From positions 4,030,001 to 4,094,000 of the forward strand of contig OX597822.1 of the NCBI GenBank assembly GCA_951406725.2: a DNA stretch of 64,000 nucleotides, in the 5' to 3' direction. Within the stretch, counting starts at the first letter, position 1; each line of letters begins with the position of its first letter. Made by a program: the position numbers and the translations under genes. The DNA comes from Octopus vulgaris. Lineage: Eukaryota. Positions 36,020-51,215 of this stretch are shown piece by piece. The notes under the pieces were generated by a model. It did no database searches. It was not told where the DNA came from and saw only the letters and a list, made by a program, of their open reading frames with translations.

Positions 36020-37397
36020 CCCAGATGTAGTGAACCACTAATGAATCCACTTTATATCGGCACCAGAATCGTTGCCCTTGAAGACTATTTGCTATATAAT
36101 AATTTATTCTCCCATGTAATTCTCTGATAATTCTGTGTGATTTGGCTTGTATGTGTTTTTCTTTCACTGAGGGCCCTTCTGTTTCATTTAATTGCACCTC
36201 ATTTTCGGTTATCGTTAATTGCTTTAAACGTTGATCTTTAATTATTGCCATCATCGTTGTTCAAGTTCCGCCGAGGTTAGTTTGTCCTTTCAAAGTCGAT
36301 TAAATAAGTACCAGCTCAGCACTGGGTCAATATAATCGACTTACCCCACCTCCCCTAAAAATTGCTAGCCTTGTGCTACGTGCAATGTGGTCGATAGAAG
36401 TGCCACTCTGACGTTCTGCAGAGGGTTAGTGGCGGGCAAGTGCGATGACGTTCTCAACGACTGAACTGGCTGGTCTGTTCCAGAGGAGTTTGGAAGCCTA
36501 TGGATAATTACCATAAATCTAAAATTCACATTTATTGTCTGTTTAATGAATAGTAAATATAGCTGTGCTATGGGTTCAGGATAAATTCTATAGGCCCGAA
36601 ACGAAACTGTTATGTACGCTCTTGTCCAGTATCCGAAGATAAGTTTAATTGATTAAGTCGTCCGAGGATAGCATCTACTTTTACTGCTAGGGAGGGAACT
36701 GTTCAAGAGTGAATAACATCAGCAGATGAGATAATTATTCGAGTGTTTGCGGGGTTATGTCGAAGACCTGCTGTCACGTGTAGGATAGATCCAGCTATCG
36801 GCTGAAATTGTGGTGAAGATCGTCCCTCCTTTCTTTGACCGGGAAGAACAAGCAGTGTTTATTTTCTGCCTGGTGGCCTTAGCGGAAGAGGTTGGGTGTG
36901 GTCAAGATTGAAAGGACTGAAGGCATTACTTTCCTCTTTGGCCAAGGAAAATAAAGGTGGAAAGGGAAGTCCCCCCACCACAGCTCTTTTGTTAAAAGGT
37001 GGGTGAATGTTGCACTAATGGTACAAGTGAACGGACCTGCTCTAAGCCTGTGCCTGTAGGTTGAATGAGGCATTTTGATGAGGGCACTTGCCCTAGAGGT
37101 TAGGGTGACCGTAGTATTGCGGGTTCTCACGAACAGCCCTCGGAAGTCTCCCGCTTTTGAAGAATTATTCGTTGTTATAATTTTATATTGGCACAGTTTT
37201 TGTTTTACTTTTTAGATGCATTTATGTAACCCCACGTTGTATTGCTCTGTACCGTACCTAATGATATTTGTGAACCCTTAGTGGTTAATAAAGAAAACAT
37301 TGATATTATTATCATCATCATCACTACTATCATCATCATCATCTTCATCATCATTATCATCATCATTATGAAGATTATCATTATTATTGTTATTATC

Positions 37398-37895
37398 GTG
37401 AGAGATAGCAGTGCATGCCATCAAAGTGACACTGGGATAAAATTTACGAAGCCCAGTATACCCACCATGATAACCCGTCTGATAAGGGTACACCAGACAC
37501 ATGCATCTCAACCATATGTGCGCGACACGGTGATCTCATATCAAGATAAACAGTGCATGACCTTGCAGGTGGGGCCCAATTAGAATTTTCTTCAGGACGA
37601 GTAGTCCATCCTGCTCAAAAGGTCCCCGAATAAGAGTTGTTTAAGGGTGTTGAACGAAACACCAGTGTTTCCAGAGGTGAATCATTCAAACCCCAAAGAA
37701 TTCTTCTCAGCGCATGGCTTTGATGCTCTCCCACTAATTCTGCTCGTGATGGGAGATGCACATATCGTCAGTCACCAAGGGACATGCTCAACCAGTTAAG
37801 GTCAAACAGCTGACGAGCAAATCTGTGGTATTAAGCAGAATATTTGCTGTAGCCCATCTTTTATAGGAAGACAAAAACAATGTACATGATATCAC

Positions 37896-37897
<2 letters not shown>
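37398..37897 (-). mobile_element. Element D (non-coding, (AAT)n-embedded), 5'-truncated
   Basis: Reverse complement matches 60514-61013; (ATT/ATC)n tracts on both sides. Confidence 0.88.
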
Positions 37898-37948
<51 letters not shown>

Positions 37949-38006
37949 CTTCCCCCTGCTCCTCCTCCTCATCATCATCATCATCGTCGTCGACGTCGTC
38001 ATCAAC

Positions 38007-38038
<32 letters not shown>

Positions 38039-38264
38039 CATTATCTTATTTTCATTGTGTTATTTCAATATAAAATTTCGCGCTGCTGTGTGTACCATGA
38101 CTACAGGCGATGTTATGCTTCGTTTTATTTGTGTGTGTGTGTGTGTGTGTGTTTGTTTTTATATTATGTTGAATGTACTCTACGTAATGAGTACAGTTCT
38201 TCTGCTGCTAATTATTTGTATGTTGTGGACGGAGTACTATAATTCATATTTATCATTATTGTTT

Positions 38265-38346
<82 letters not shown>

Positions 38347-38934
38347 TTCAGCAGCAGCAGTAGTAGTAGTAGTAGTGGTGGTTGTGGTGGTGTTAGTGGT
38401 GGCGGTTATTTATCCATTATTCTCACTTATTCTCTAACTTTTATATAGCATTAAATTCTCGCTAGCGTTTCATTTGATGATGATATTATTGCGATTTCGT
38501 TTTATATGTCCTTTATATTTCTAAATCATGTAATTGCTTTTGATGTCATCAATTAAATAGATTAATATCCAAACAGCGTAACTCCACGAACAGAATCATA
38601 TTAACATTATTAGTACTCGACTCATCCAGTAACAGCAACTTTTCCTCCGCCGGGAGACATTGACGGTCATGTTTTTAGTTTCCTGTTATGTATTCCTAAT
38701 AACTAGTTGATCTTGCAAAGAACAACTCCATGTTGCCTTCGAACTCCCTCTTTCTCTCTCCCCCCTCTCTCTCTCTCTCTCTCTCACTCTTTCTTTCTTT
38801 CTTTCTTTCTTTCCTTGTGACACGCACATATTCTCTCTTTTTCCATCTATGTAGCCCTTTCTATTGGTTTTTTTCTTTCTCACTATCTCACTTCCGTTTT
38901 CTTTCTCTGTTTCTACGTCTCTCTGTCCCTGACC

Positions 38935-38972
<38 letters not shown>

Positions 38973-39722
38973 CCCTATCTTTCGCGCGGTTTCTTGTCTC
39001 CTTTCTTTCTCTCTCTCTCTCGTTTTTTCGTTTGTTTACGGATACTGAAATGCTGCATATCACCATCGAGGCAATGAGAAACATTCTTTGTGGTCGATCG
39101 ATAGATCTATTAAAAATAACGGGGGCAAACCCCCCTCAGATCATATACTAATGTTTTAAAGAGTAATAACTTACTGGATAGCAATCGTTAGAGCGTCGGA
39201 TATAATACCTCGTGGGATTTGCTTCAGTTCTTTGCGCCATGAATTCAAATCCCGCTGCGGTAAACTTTGCCTGCCGACCTATCGGGCTAGATATTTAAAC
39301 TACCAGATCCGGTGGTGTGATGGCCAGATGTTAGGGTGTCAGCCCTAGTTTTTTCTCTTCTTTTTTGCAGCTCTGTTCGTTCTGCATTCAAATTCTACAG
39401 TCTGTCACCTGAAAAAAAAAGAAACAACCAGTCCTTCGAGACCAGGTAACAAGATTTTCAGCCCCTCCCTCTCACCACCAGCACCCCAGCAGGCAAGATA
39501 GAATGCAAGAGGTGTTTGAAGAACACTCAACGAATAAAGAACGAGTCGTGTGTACGTTTAGCCGTCGGACGCGAGTATGTATGATCAGGGGTTTTCCAAA
39601 ATCGGTCTAATGGACATGAGAATGTAACAGCTAGGCCGAAGAGGAGTTGTTTAGGAGCTGGCTGACTGGAACTCGTTTTCTGCTGAATGGACTGGGATAA
39701 TATACGTCAAATGGACATGATG

Positions 39723-39954
39723 TATTTCTTTACTACCCACAAGGGGCTAAACATAGAGGGGACAAACTAAGACAGACAAAGGGATTAAGTCGATTACATC
39801 GACCCCAGTGGGAAACTGGTACTTTATTTATCGACCCCGAAAGGATGAAAGGCAAAGTCGACCTCGGCAGAATTTGAACTCAGAACGTAACGACAAACGA
39901 AATACGGCTACGCATTTCGCCCGGCGCGCTAACGTTTCTGCCAGCTCGCCGCCT
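39723..39954 (-). mobile_element. SINE family B, full length with TSD
   Basis: 13-bp TSD AATGGACATGATG (39710-39722) / AATGGACATAATG (39955-39967). Confidence 0.93.
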
Positions 39955-40559
39955 AATGGACATAATGTGCTGTCAGCTCCAAAAGTCGAACCTACGACGT
40001 TATGCTCGTAAACCCATTAGCACTAACCACTGGGTCAGTCACCTTCACAGATATATAGTTTGAGAAAAAAACAATCAAACTTACTGGCGCATTTTTAATC
40101 ATATGTCTTCTAAATCAAAGCAGTCCTGAGGTTAAACAACGACGACAACCACAACTCTGTTGCATTCTTTGCTTTCTTATAATGCCGGCAAATGTTAAAG
40201 ACTACTTGCTAAATACTTTATTAAAATATTTACTATAAATGCACTTAACTTCACCTTCAAACCAAACATCATTTCTGGTTTTCACGAAATGAAAATGTTA
40301 GCATTGTTCCCCGTTCAATGCTTTACATTCACACATTAGTTGTGTGTGACATTTCCATACGATTTTTGCTGAATAATGCTAAATATTGATTTTGATTTCA
40401 GAATATTTAATTTCGCTGTATTTTGTAAAGATATTTTTATCCAAATCGACTGCACGACGGTTGCATCCCGATCTCAATTTTGAACAAATAATTGAAAATG
40501 AAATTACTCAGGTAAACTTACTGAAAATTTAATACACTACCTATTTCGTAATTCATATT

Positions 40560-41325
<766 letters not shown>

Positions 41326-42111
41326 GTGCTTAGTATTCGAAGCTGTTAAGATATTTTTCAGCTGAACCTAATGAAAAGATTTTGCTGAATCGTATGGTGT
41401 CGGCTTTGTAACATTCTTTCAAATAATGTCACGTGCGCGCCCATACACACGCACGCGCGCACGCACACACATACACACACACACACACACACGCACGCAC
41501 ACACGCACACACTCATATGCACATACAGATATGATGATCAGCATCATGATCAGGTGGTGGTGGTGGTGAAGAAGAAGAAGAAGAAGAGGAGGAGGAGGAG
41601 GAGGAAGAAGAAGAAGAAGAAGAAGAAGAAGAAGAAGAAGAAGAAGAAGAAGAAGAAGAAGAAGAAGAAGAAGAAGAAGACAATAATTATTTCTAATGTT
41701 TTTTGAAGTAGGTATTTTAGTCAATTACTCTGGCCCCAAGACATTACTTGTGCTTTATCTTATAGGCCCTCAAAAGTGGGGGCCATAACAAGCTTTCCTA
41801 AATTGGCGTAATTGATGTCGTTAGAATCCTGATTACACTGTTACTAGTCAGCACTTGCAAGTAAATCAAGAGAAACGAGTGATGCTGGTGGGTCAGGATT
41901 CTAGAGAAGAAGGTCTGGCGGTTTGTGGTTAAAGCAGATCCTGGACGGTTGGACACAAACATAGATGATGAGAGGAAGCAAAACGGAAAGGCCTGAGTTG
42001 GGGTGGCCCCGCTGCAGAAGGAGAGAGAAATAAAAAAGAGGGAGAGAAAGGGGAAAGAGAGAGATTGAGAGAATGAGATGCCTGACAAAATGACACCAAA
42101 TTTACAACATG

Positions 42112-42245
42112 TGATGGCACGTGGCTTAGTGGTAAGGGTGTTCGACTCACGGGCATGTGTTTGATACTCTGTGATGCGTTGTGGCCTTGAGCAAGACGCT
42201 TTGTTTCACGTTGCTATAGTCCACTCCGTTGGCAACAATGAGACT
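42112..42245 (+). mobile_element. Diverged tRNA-derived SINE family E
   Basis: TGGCTTAGTGG A box; CCTTGAGCAAGACGCTT CORE/V-like segment. Confidence 0.55.
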
Positions 42246-42382
42246 GTAGCTGTAGAGAAAGCATGGAGAGGAAACCGCTCTGTTGTTAATCAAATGGCAG
42301 GAATGTGTCTGTGAGTAATTTTATGCTGATCAGTCGAATAACTTAACACTGAATACAGTCTTGGAGACATCTGTGTGCATTA

Positions 42383-42720
42383 GCAGCAGCAGCAGCAGCA
42401 TCATCATTGTTCGACCGTGGTCGAGACAATGGAATTTACTATGTTACACCAGACTTCACGGTCCATCATAGCATTACAGAGGTCCTGTTGCTGGATGCCT
42501 GTATCCCTGGAGATTACATCAGGGTAGGAGAGTGTGCGCCCTCTGGTATTGCGAGTAGATGCCTTCCGGAGGAGAAGAGTAGAAATTGCCTCGTTTTCAG
42601 CTCTACACCAATGTCCAGCAAACTGGACTCTCCTACCTTTCACAAGAGATGACACAGGAGATGCATTAGCAACACTGTCCCAAATGAGGGAGCAATACAC
42701 CGTTGAGGGCCTCACTTGAG
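42383..42720 (-). mobile_element. RTE-clade LINE 3' end
   Basis: RRVQFAGHWCR...MMDREVW..IV C-terminus, followed directly by a (TGA)n(TGC)n tail. Confidence 0.78.
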
Positions 42721-44123
42721 CTTTCTATATTGTCAGTGAAATATTTACTGGTCCCGGAAACAAAAGCAAATCTTTGGGATTTGATCCTAGTTACATTAAG
42801 GGTATGTTTCAGCAGAAGACGTCTTTGGTATCTAAGGGGCATAACATTTGGAAGAGTTATGGGGTTTCTATTTGCGTGCTGTTAATTTTGGGGTTCGCAT
42901 CGTTCGATATTTCCGTGAGATGAATAATACCTGTATTTTTGTTTTGTCTAGTTTTGCAGTTGGAATATGTGAGATTATCCATGTCTTCATCTTGGGATAC
43001 TGTCTTAGTTTCTGTACATGGAAACATGGTAGATTTGGCATGTGGTGTCTAGATTGAGAGAGGGGCAGGGAGAGGGGAGAAACGAGATAGCTGTAGCCCA
43101 GGCACACGTCATTACCTACAGCATCTCGAGCCCTTCCCACACGCAGAGAACTGGCAATTGAAGATGTTTATACACAGTAGAGCCAGTCTCCTAGGGAGAG
43201 TAATCTGGCCAGATACGTGTCAGGGGACAAAACGTCAGGCTCTGGTCTACCCAAGGTTTCGGTTTTGCTTCACATCCCTTTCCATCAGAACATCAAGCTC
43301 ATCCAACACATTATCCTTTATTCTTTTTCTTTTATTGTGTACTTCCTTTCTTGAGTTCCGCATGAATCACTCTCCCCAATTCTCCTTTTCTAAATCGTTA
43401 AGCCTCCAATATAATATATTTTGTGTATTAAAATGTTTAATTTGGGAGATTTTCGACGACGTTATACTCTACAGAGTTCAACATCTAACTGTTGAAATTA
43501 AAAATTAATCCCATCAATATGACCGCTCTCGGATAGAATAACTTGCGCCTGCCTAAAGTCACAAAAATGTACAAATGTATGGTTATATACACATGCCTTT
43601 GTGCTTATGTGTCTCTGTAGATAAATGAAAATGCAGGTGTAAGCATGCACTTTGTTTTATGAGTATTTATAATGACTTGAGTTGTTAAGAAGTAAATGAT
43701 CGTGCTGCACATCAAATCGACGTAGTCTGAGCGGTGTACAATGCGTCAGGTGTCACAGAGATCGTAGAGCAACATGAGATGAGGTGTTTTGCTCAAAAGA
43801 GCAACGTACCGCCTGGTCTAGGAATTGAAACCACCATCTTGCGTGCAAAACCCTAATCACTAGGCCATGTGGCTTTCAAATAAAACAATAATATATGTCA
43901 GAAATATTAAATTTCTAAATCTCTCGTAGAGACATGTACGGTGGTGGGGTGATAGAATGGTTGTATACTGTCAATCTAACACGAACGTGACTGTAGGGGG
44001 GTACACCACCGCTGTTTAGCCCTAGGAAGCATCGACGCCTCCTGATGGCTTTGACACATTTTCCCTGTGTCCTTATATACATTTACGAAGGGGAGACAAA
44101 TACCCCCGGCCGCCCGGGCTGCA

Positions 44124-44168
44124 TCTAGGGACACGTGTTTCAAGATGATTGTCCTTCGTCGGCCTAGA
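44124..44168 (-). ncRNA. Compact type I minimal hammerhead ribozyme (one core change)
   Basis: Minus strand: TCTAGG-CCGACGA-AGGA-CAATCA-TCTT-GAAA-C-ACGT-G-TC-CCTAGA; perfect 6-bp stem I; GUC triplet; U4 replaced by C. Confidence 0.68.
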
Positions 44169-44284
44169 GTAGCAGACACCGGTCAGCTGACGACATCTGT
44201 CTCGACTCGTAATGTAATGTATATATGAAAGATAAGATAATATATTATACTATACTATACTATACTATAATATAATATAATAAG

Positions 44285-44870
44285 TAGGGTATTTCAAACA
44301 GAACCACCGACGCAACTTACTGTCACTCGAATTGTAGACAGACAAGTTTGAAGCAGATTAAATTGTTCAGTATGTCGAAAGGAAAAGTTCCAGGAGTCCA
44401 CGGACATTTTAGAGCACCACAATGCAAGGAAGAGGACAAAAAAATCTATTTCCAGACTACTAGAAAATCTGCACGGCATACGAGTCGGGAAAGCGGGACT
44501 TCAAAACCAAGCGTCCATCGCCTTTTGAAGAGTTGTTCTTGGAAAAGTTATATTCCAAAAATATTCTATGCTCTCGGTGAAGTTGGTGCAGACGGGAAAT
44601 TAGAATTCTGAGAGTGGTATTTGGCAAGATGTGTAGAAGTTGCATATTTCCAACACAGAACATTTGGAGTGACGAGACCATATTTAAAGTAAATAACTCA
44701 CTTAACTGTCCCAATTGTACCCACTACGGACCCGATAATGCACATACTACATGAAACATCATATTAATTTACAAGGAGTGTGGTTTGGCTGATCATCAAA
44801 TAGATTAGCTGAACCACTCTTTTTTTATGCTACCCTCACTGGTCCAAATTACTTGAATTTTTTTTCCTAT
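44285..44870 (+). mobile_element. Degenerate Tc1/mariner-superfamily transposase (maT/DD37D-like)
   Basis: KSARHTSRESGTSKPSVHRLLK HTH, IWSDETIFKVN, and EPLFF..TLTGPNYL segments; stops and frameshifts. Confidence 0.68.
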
Positions 44871-45184
44871 GAGCCTCAGAGTCTACGCTCACATATCTGT
44901 GTCCTACTCAATACTAACAACCACTTATAGCGAATTTACAGACGATCACTCTGTAAATATTTTATGAAATATTCAAAGAGTGGTCGTCTTTAAATTCGCT
45001 AAATATATCTATTTAACAATTTGTACATTAATTTAAATTTCGTTTTGGGATTTGGTTCGCAAGATTCTTTATGGGAGTTCGTATATTGAAGCATGTTCTG
45101 CTGTGTGTGGGGACTCTCCCCAGACACAACAGAATACATTAATTTAGATGTATTTTTCTTATCTTTTCTCTTTCACTAATTCAT

Positions 45185-45549
45185 TCATTAGTCTGCGGCC
45201 ATGCCAATGCACCGCCTAGAAGAGTTTTTAGTCGAACTAATTGACCCCAGTCCTTTTTTTAGGGCTGGCACCTATTCTATCGGTTTCTTTTGCCAATCCT
45301 TTAGCTTACGGGGTCGTAAGCAAACTAAACGGTTGTCAAGCGGTGGTGAGAGACAAGCACAGACACAACGACACACACACACACACACATACACACACAC
45401 ACACACACCGTCTACCAAATCCACTCACAAGACTTTGATTGGCCCTAGGCTATAGAAGAAGACACTAGTCCAAAGTGCCACGCAGTAAGCCTGAACCCAC
45501 GACCCTATGGCTGAGAAGCAAGCTTCTTACCACTCAGCCACGCCTGCGC
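45185..45549 (-). mobile_element. SINE family A
   Basis: Tail, body, (CA)n and head all recognisable. Confidence 0.8.
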
Positions 45550-45633
45550 ATACGATTTTGTATCATTTTGTTTTATATTTGCTTTTTGCTTGTTTCTTGT
45601 TTGTTGTTTTTCTAATCTTATTTCCTTTATAAC

Positions 45634-45843
45634 TATTTATTTACTACCCACAAGGGGCTAAATACAGAGAGGACAAACACGGACAGACATAGGTATTAAG
45701 TCGATTATATCGACCCCAGTGCGTAACTGGTACTTAATTTATCGACCCCGAAAGGATGAAAGGCAAAGTCGACCTCGGCGGAATTTGAACTCACAACGTA
45801 ACGACAGACGAAATACCGCTAAGCATTTCGCCCGGCGTGCTAA
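45634..45843 (-). mobile_element. SINE family B
   Basis: Central domain and CCCCTTGTGGGTAGTAAA tail. Confidence 0.88.
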
Positions 45844-45992
45844 ACGTCAGTAGAACCCGCTTTCACATCGTAGCACATTAAAAACGAGACAAGTTAACGG
45901 TTGATGGAGTCAGATGATGTATGTAAATATCTGCTTTCTTACTCTTGTTAAACGTCAAGTCAGCCTTGACTAAGCAGATTTGAGATCTGAGT

Positions 45993-46237
45993 GAGATACC
46001 ACCACGCTGGAAATAGCAGTCAAAACTTGACTCTAAAACCACATTAAATGTTCCTACAGCACCAGGAGAGAAGACAAACAGACAAAATAAACTAGCAAAA
46101 AAGTTACTGGATAATTCCAGATCCCGGATTTCTGACTGTGCATTTTGTCTCTTTGTCTTCTCTCCTGGGGCTGTATCAACATTTAATGTGGTTTTAGAGT
46201 CAAGTTTTGACTGCTATTTCCAGCGTGGTGGTATCTC
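45993..46237. repeat. Inverted repeat with 96-bp arms and a 53-bp spacer
   Basis: 45993-46088 vs 46142-46237; the outer ~60 bp are perfectly complementary. Confidence 0.92.
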
Positions 46238-46348
46238 TTAGATACCCTAAATTATTATTTTAAGTAATTATTACATTTGAAGGTTTCTTTTGTTCCCTTG
46301 CTGGCCACCTGATAAGATCGGTATTTAAACATCTATCTTATCCTTATT

Positions 46349-46399
<51 letters not shown>

Positions 46400-46674
46400 C
46401 AATTAACTTTGAAAAATTGCATTCGGTGGGATTAGTAATATTTTTGGTAGAAATGACTAATTGTCCCTCTTAGCGTTTGGCATGTATGTATAATGCCTTC
46501 TGGCATGTATATAATGCCCTCTATATATAAATTTATATATATATATATAAATATATGATCGAAATTTTCGAATGACCGTCCTTGTTTTTTTCTTTTTTTT
46601 TTGTATCGTCCATCTGGATGTTTGTTGTCTCTTTTCGTATCACCTAGTTGTCCGGATGTTTTGCGTTCTTGTCC

Positions 46675-46734
<60 letters not shown>

Positions 46735-47812
46735 GGCTACATTGTATCCGTCCCTTTTCAAGAAGGCGAAAATGTAATCTGAGGAAAATTTAACTGTAAT
46801 TTCTAGGACGTTTTGTGTATCGCTACTACAATTGCTCCTGTTCATTGGGGCTGACTAACTAAATTCTACTAATTCCCTAATTCACCGGGTGCACCTGTTT
46901 TTAGCCTTGCTTCTCCATTCAATACCTCCCTTTCCCAAGCGCTTGTCGAGGCTCCCCCACTGGTCTGTGTCGTTTTTTTTTTGTTTTTAATTCCGAAAAA
47001 CGGTCTCTGTTACACGTGTGGCATATGTTTTGTAATTCTATATGTCTGGTGTTCCTTAAGTTCCTCTTGTTACAGCGATAGTGTGAAATGTATGAGTAGC
47101 GTTGACTGCTACCGTTACGAAAGGGGACGGCATGCGTATGCCATATCAAAGTCACGTGTGGAGAGCGGTAAGTGAATAGATTTATAAAGAATTTCATTGC
47201 GAGGAACAGGAAGGGTAAAAGAAAAAAATAGTGGAGAAAGAGGGAGAGTGTGTGTGAGGGGGGATCAGAGACTGACATGAAGGTGGGAAGAGGTCAGAAA
47301 CAAGCAAACAACTGAAAAATAGGCAAATAAATGAAAAAGGAAGAGAACAAGAATAAGGTGTGGAAACAAAGAAACAAACGATATTAAGAAAGAAGTAAAA
47401 CATATATAAGAAAGATAAAGAATGTTGGGTAGGGCACAGAAAGGGAGAGAAAAGGAAAACTAAAACTGACGCAAATAGTAATAATATAACGAATAAGAAA
47501 TAAAGTATAACAGAAAAATAGAAAACGAAATGCAGAGAAAAAGTAAGAGAGAGAGGCAAATAGGTAGAAAGGAAAGCTTCGGTAATATGAAATAGATAAA
47601 AACAGTTTTAAAGACTATGAAGAAATAAATGAAAGGAAAAATGATATTGTAAAACGTAAATAAAGGAAGAAAAGTCACCAGAATAGAGTAAATTATATAA
47701 ATATTTGAACGAAGCTTCAAGTAAAATATAAAAACTTCATCGAAAAACACGCTTCTATATATACAGACGGAGAGAATGATCGCAGATAAATTCATAAGCA
47801 CATGTATATATG

Positions 47813-47902
<90 letters not shown>

Positions 47903-47989
47903 TGTATGTATGTATGTATGTATGTATGTATGTATGTATGTATGTATGTATGTATGAATGTATGTATGTATGTATGTATGTATGTAATG

Positions 47990-48043
<54 letters not shown>

Positions 48044-48472
48044 TAAACATATACATGCATATATATACACACACATATAAAGGTATATATATATAATATA
48101 TACACACACATATAAAGGTATATATATATAATATATATATATATATATTATTATCACTATATATATATATATATATGTGTGTGTGTATACGCACATATAC
48201 ATGCATATATATATATATATAAATCTATATATATATATGCATGAATTTATATGTATATATGTGTGTGTCTGTGTGTGTATAGATATGTAAGCACACATAT
48301 ACATATACATATATAGACATATATGTAATATATGTATGCATGTAAAATATATATGTAAATATACACACACACACGTATGCATATATATATATCTATGTAT
48401 GCATAAGTATATATATATATATATGCATACTCTGATGGTTAAAAAGAATTCCAGATATATGTGTGCGCGCGC

Positions 48473-48504
<32 letters not shown>

Positions 48505-48964
48505 TGCAATATTAGTCATGACTGACACATTAAGTTTTGCCTGACAGCTCACTCAACTTTTCATAACTGGGCCCCAGGTATTCGCTAAATCGTCAGCCAT
48601 AACAAACAATACAATTAATTTGACTTCAAATTTTCGTATGGCATATCCCCATCAGTAAACTTAGTTTTTTAAACTTAGCTCTAAAATATTGACTTTAAAT
48701 TAACACACAGGCACACACTCGTACTCGTGAACATGCGTGTGAATTATATATATATATGTATATATATATGTGTGTGTGTGTGTGTATGTATGCATATGCA
48801 TGTTTGTATGTATATGTGAGTGTATATGCGCGCATTTATATATATGAATGTGTATACAAAAAAAGCAGAACAAAATGGACACAGACAGACAGGCAAACAG
48901 ACCACACACACACTCAAGCATGCACAAACACACAGATATATATATATATATATATGTATATGCG

Positions 48965-49012
<48 letters not shown>

Positions 49013-49018
49013 TATATG

Positions 49019-49052
<34 letters not shown>

Positions 49053-49220
49053 CATATATATATTATATATAAGGCTCTGACCTTATCGAAAATGTTTCCT
49101 ACATATACATGTGTGTATATGTGTGAGGGTGTTTTTCTGTGTGCGCGCGTGAGCGTGTGTTTAAAATGATATATATATGTGTGTGTGTGTGTATGTATGC
49201 ATATATGCATATATATATAA

Positions 49221-49271
<51 letters not shown>

Positions 49272-50043
49272 TAGATATATAGATATATATTCGTACATAT
49301 ATATATACACTCATACATAGATATATGCGTGCGAATGTATATACTTGTATATACACGCGCACACACGCAAATACACACGTACACTTACACATATACATAT
49401 ATACATAACACACATGCATCTCACTTTGATCTCGACCAAAAACTATGTCTGTGTGTATGTGTGATTAAGTGTGTATGTGCATGAATATCTTAACATACAC
49501 ACATACACAGAAGCAAATACACAGAAGCATATACATATACACAAACATAAAACCAGTCCCTGGCGTAGTTTTGTTTAGTTGTTTTCCTTTAGCGCTATTT
49601 ATTTGTATTTTTGTTTTTTTAATAGATATCCGTATTGTCTACAATGTTAAGCTAAATACATTTGCCACAGACGGCAGAGCATAGAATATACAGGTAAATA
49701 TTTCACTTGTTCAACTGTCTCGGACGCTTTTTTAACCCCCTTCTCTCTCCCTCTCTCACTTTCTTGTCTCTTTTTCTCTCCTCCTCTCTCTATTTCTCTC
49801 TCCACTCTCCCTCTCTCTGTAAAGTCTCGTCTTTATCTTACCACTATTAGTGATGTTCCAAAATGGCTACGAAACAATGCTCTGGGCGATTATATTGTCA
49901 GATTATTTCTTTATCTAGCTCCGAACAAAAGAGTAATAATAATAATAACATTTTCTGATTTCAATCATATACATGTTGTATACATATGTATATGTGTATA
50001 TGTATATATATACATATGTATATGTATATATATACATATATAC

Positions 50044-50079
<36 letters not shown>

Positions 50080-50080
50080 G

Positions 50081-50219
<139 letters not shown>

Positions 50220-50408
50220 ATATATTGAAATATATGCACATGTATACATTCATTCTCATATGTGTCTACACACGCGCACACACACATATATATATTCGTG
50301 TGTGTTTATGTGTTTGTATATAAGCATGAATTTGTGCTGTGCATTTCTGCCCATTTACGACTATACGTGTCTATGTACGTGTATATGTATATTAAATGGT
50401 GTGATGTG

Positions 50409-50439
<31 letters not shown>

Positions 50440-50987
50440 CTATTGGCACGTGCATCAGTATGTGTACGTGCGTCTATGTGTGTATGTGTGTGCTCAGGCG
50501 TGTGTGAGTGTGTGTCTGTGTGAATCTATGTTTGTACTTGGTTAAATGCTTATTGAGGGAGTCGTAGACATTTCTTTCTCTCTAGCTATCGAGTACAATA
50601 TTGATTTCTCGTTCATGTAGTTGAAGACATCATATAAATACACTATAGCGCATAGAAGCGTATACCTGGACGTAAAAGTCACACTAGACTATTTCTCTAT
50701 CTGCACATGTGTACGGCTGTTTTCCTGAAATGTTTTCAAAAGTTTATAGATAGTCGTTTATGAATATACTTGCACACATATGTATGTTATGCAGCTATAT
50801 ATGAGAAGAAAGAAGAGGAGAAGTCGAGAAAGCGAAAGAAATATATAAATCAAAGACTAGAGGCGTTCAGGATCAAAATTATTCGTTTGACGCTCAAAGA
50901 AAAGGAAGGATTAAATTATGACGCTTTGGAGATTGTTCTTCATTCGAATATGGTTGTAGAGAGGAGGAAACACGTGTATATGGTCGC

Positions 50988-51050
50988 CGTAGACTATATG
51001 TATGTGTGTGTGGATGTGTGTTTGTGCATGTATGAATATGTCTGTGTATG

Positions 51051-51094
<44 letters not shown>

Positions 51095-51114
51095 CATACA
51101 CATATATATATATG

Positions 51115-51154
<40 letters not shown>

Positions 51155-51215
51155 CATACACAGACATATTCATACATGCACAAACACACATACACACACA
51201 CATACATATAGTTTA
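50988..51215. repeat. Near-perfect palindrome centred on (TA)n
   Basis: GTAGACTATATGTATGTG..GCATGTATGAATATGTCTGTG is mirrored by CACAGACATATTCATACATGC..CATATAGTTTAC. Confidence 0.9.

Noticed and set aside
36400-37150. Possible decayed LINE endonuclease region on the minus strand
   Set aside because: Only a GDF tripeptide and vague similarity; too weak to call.
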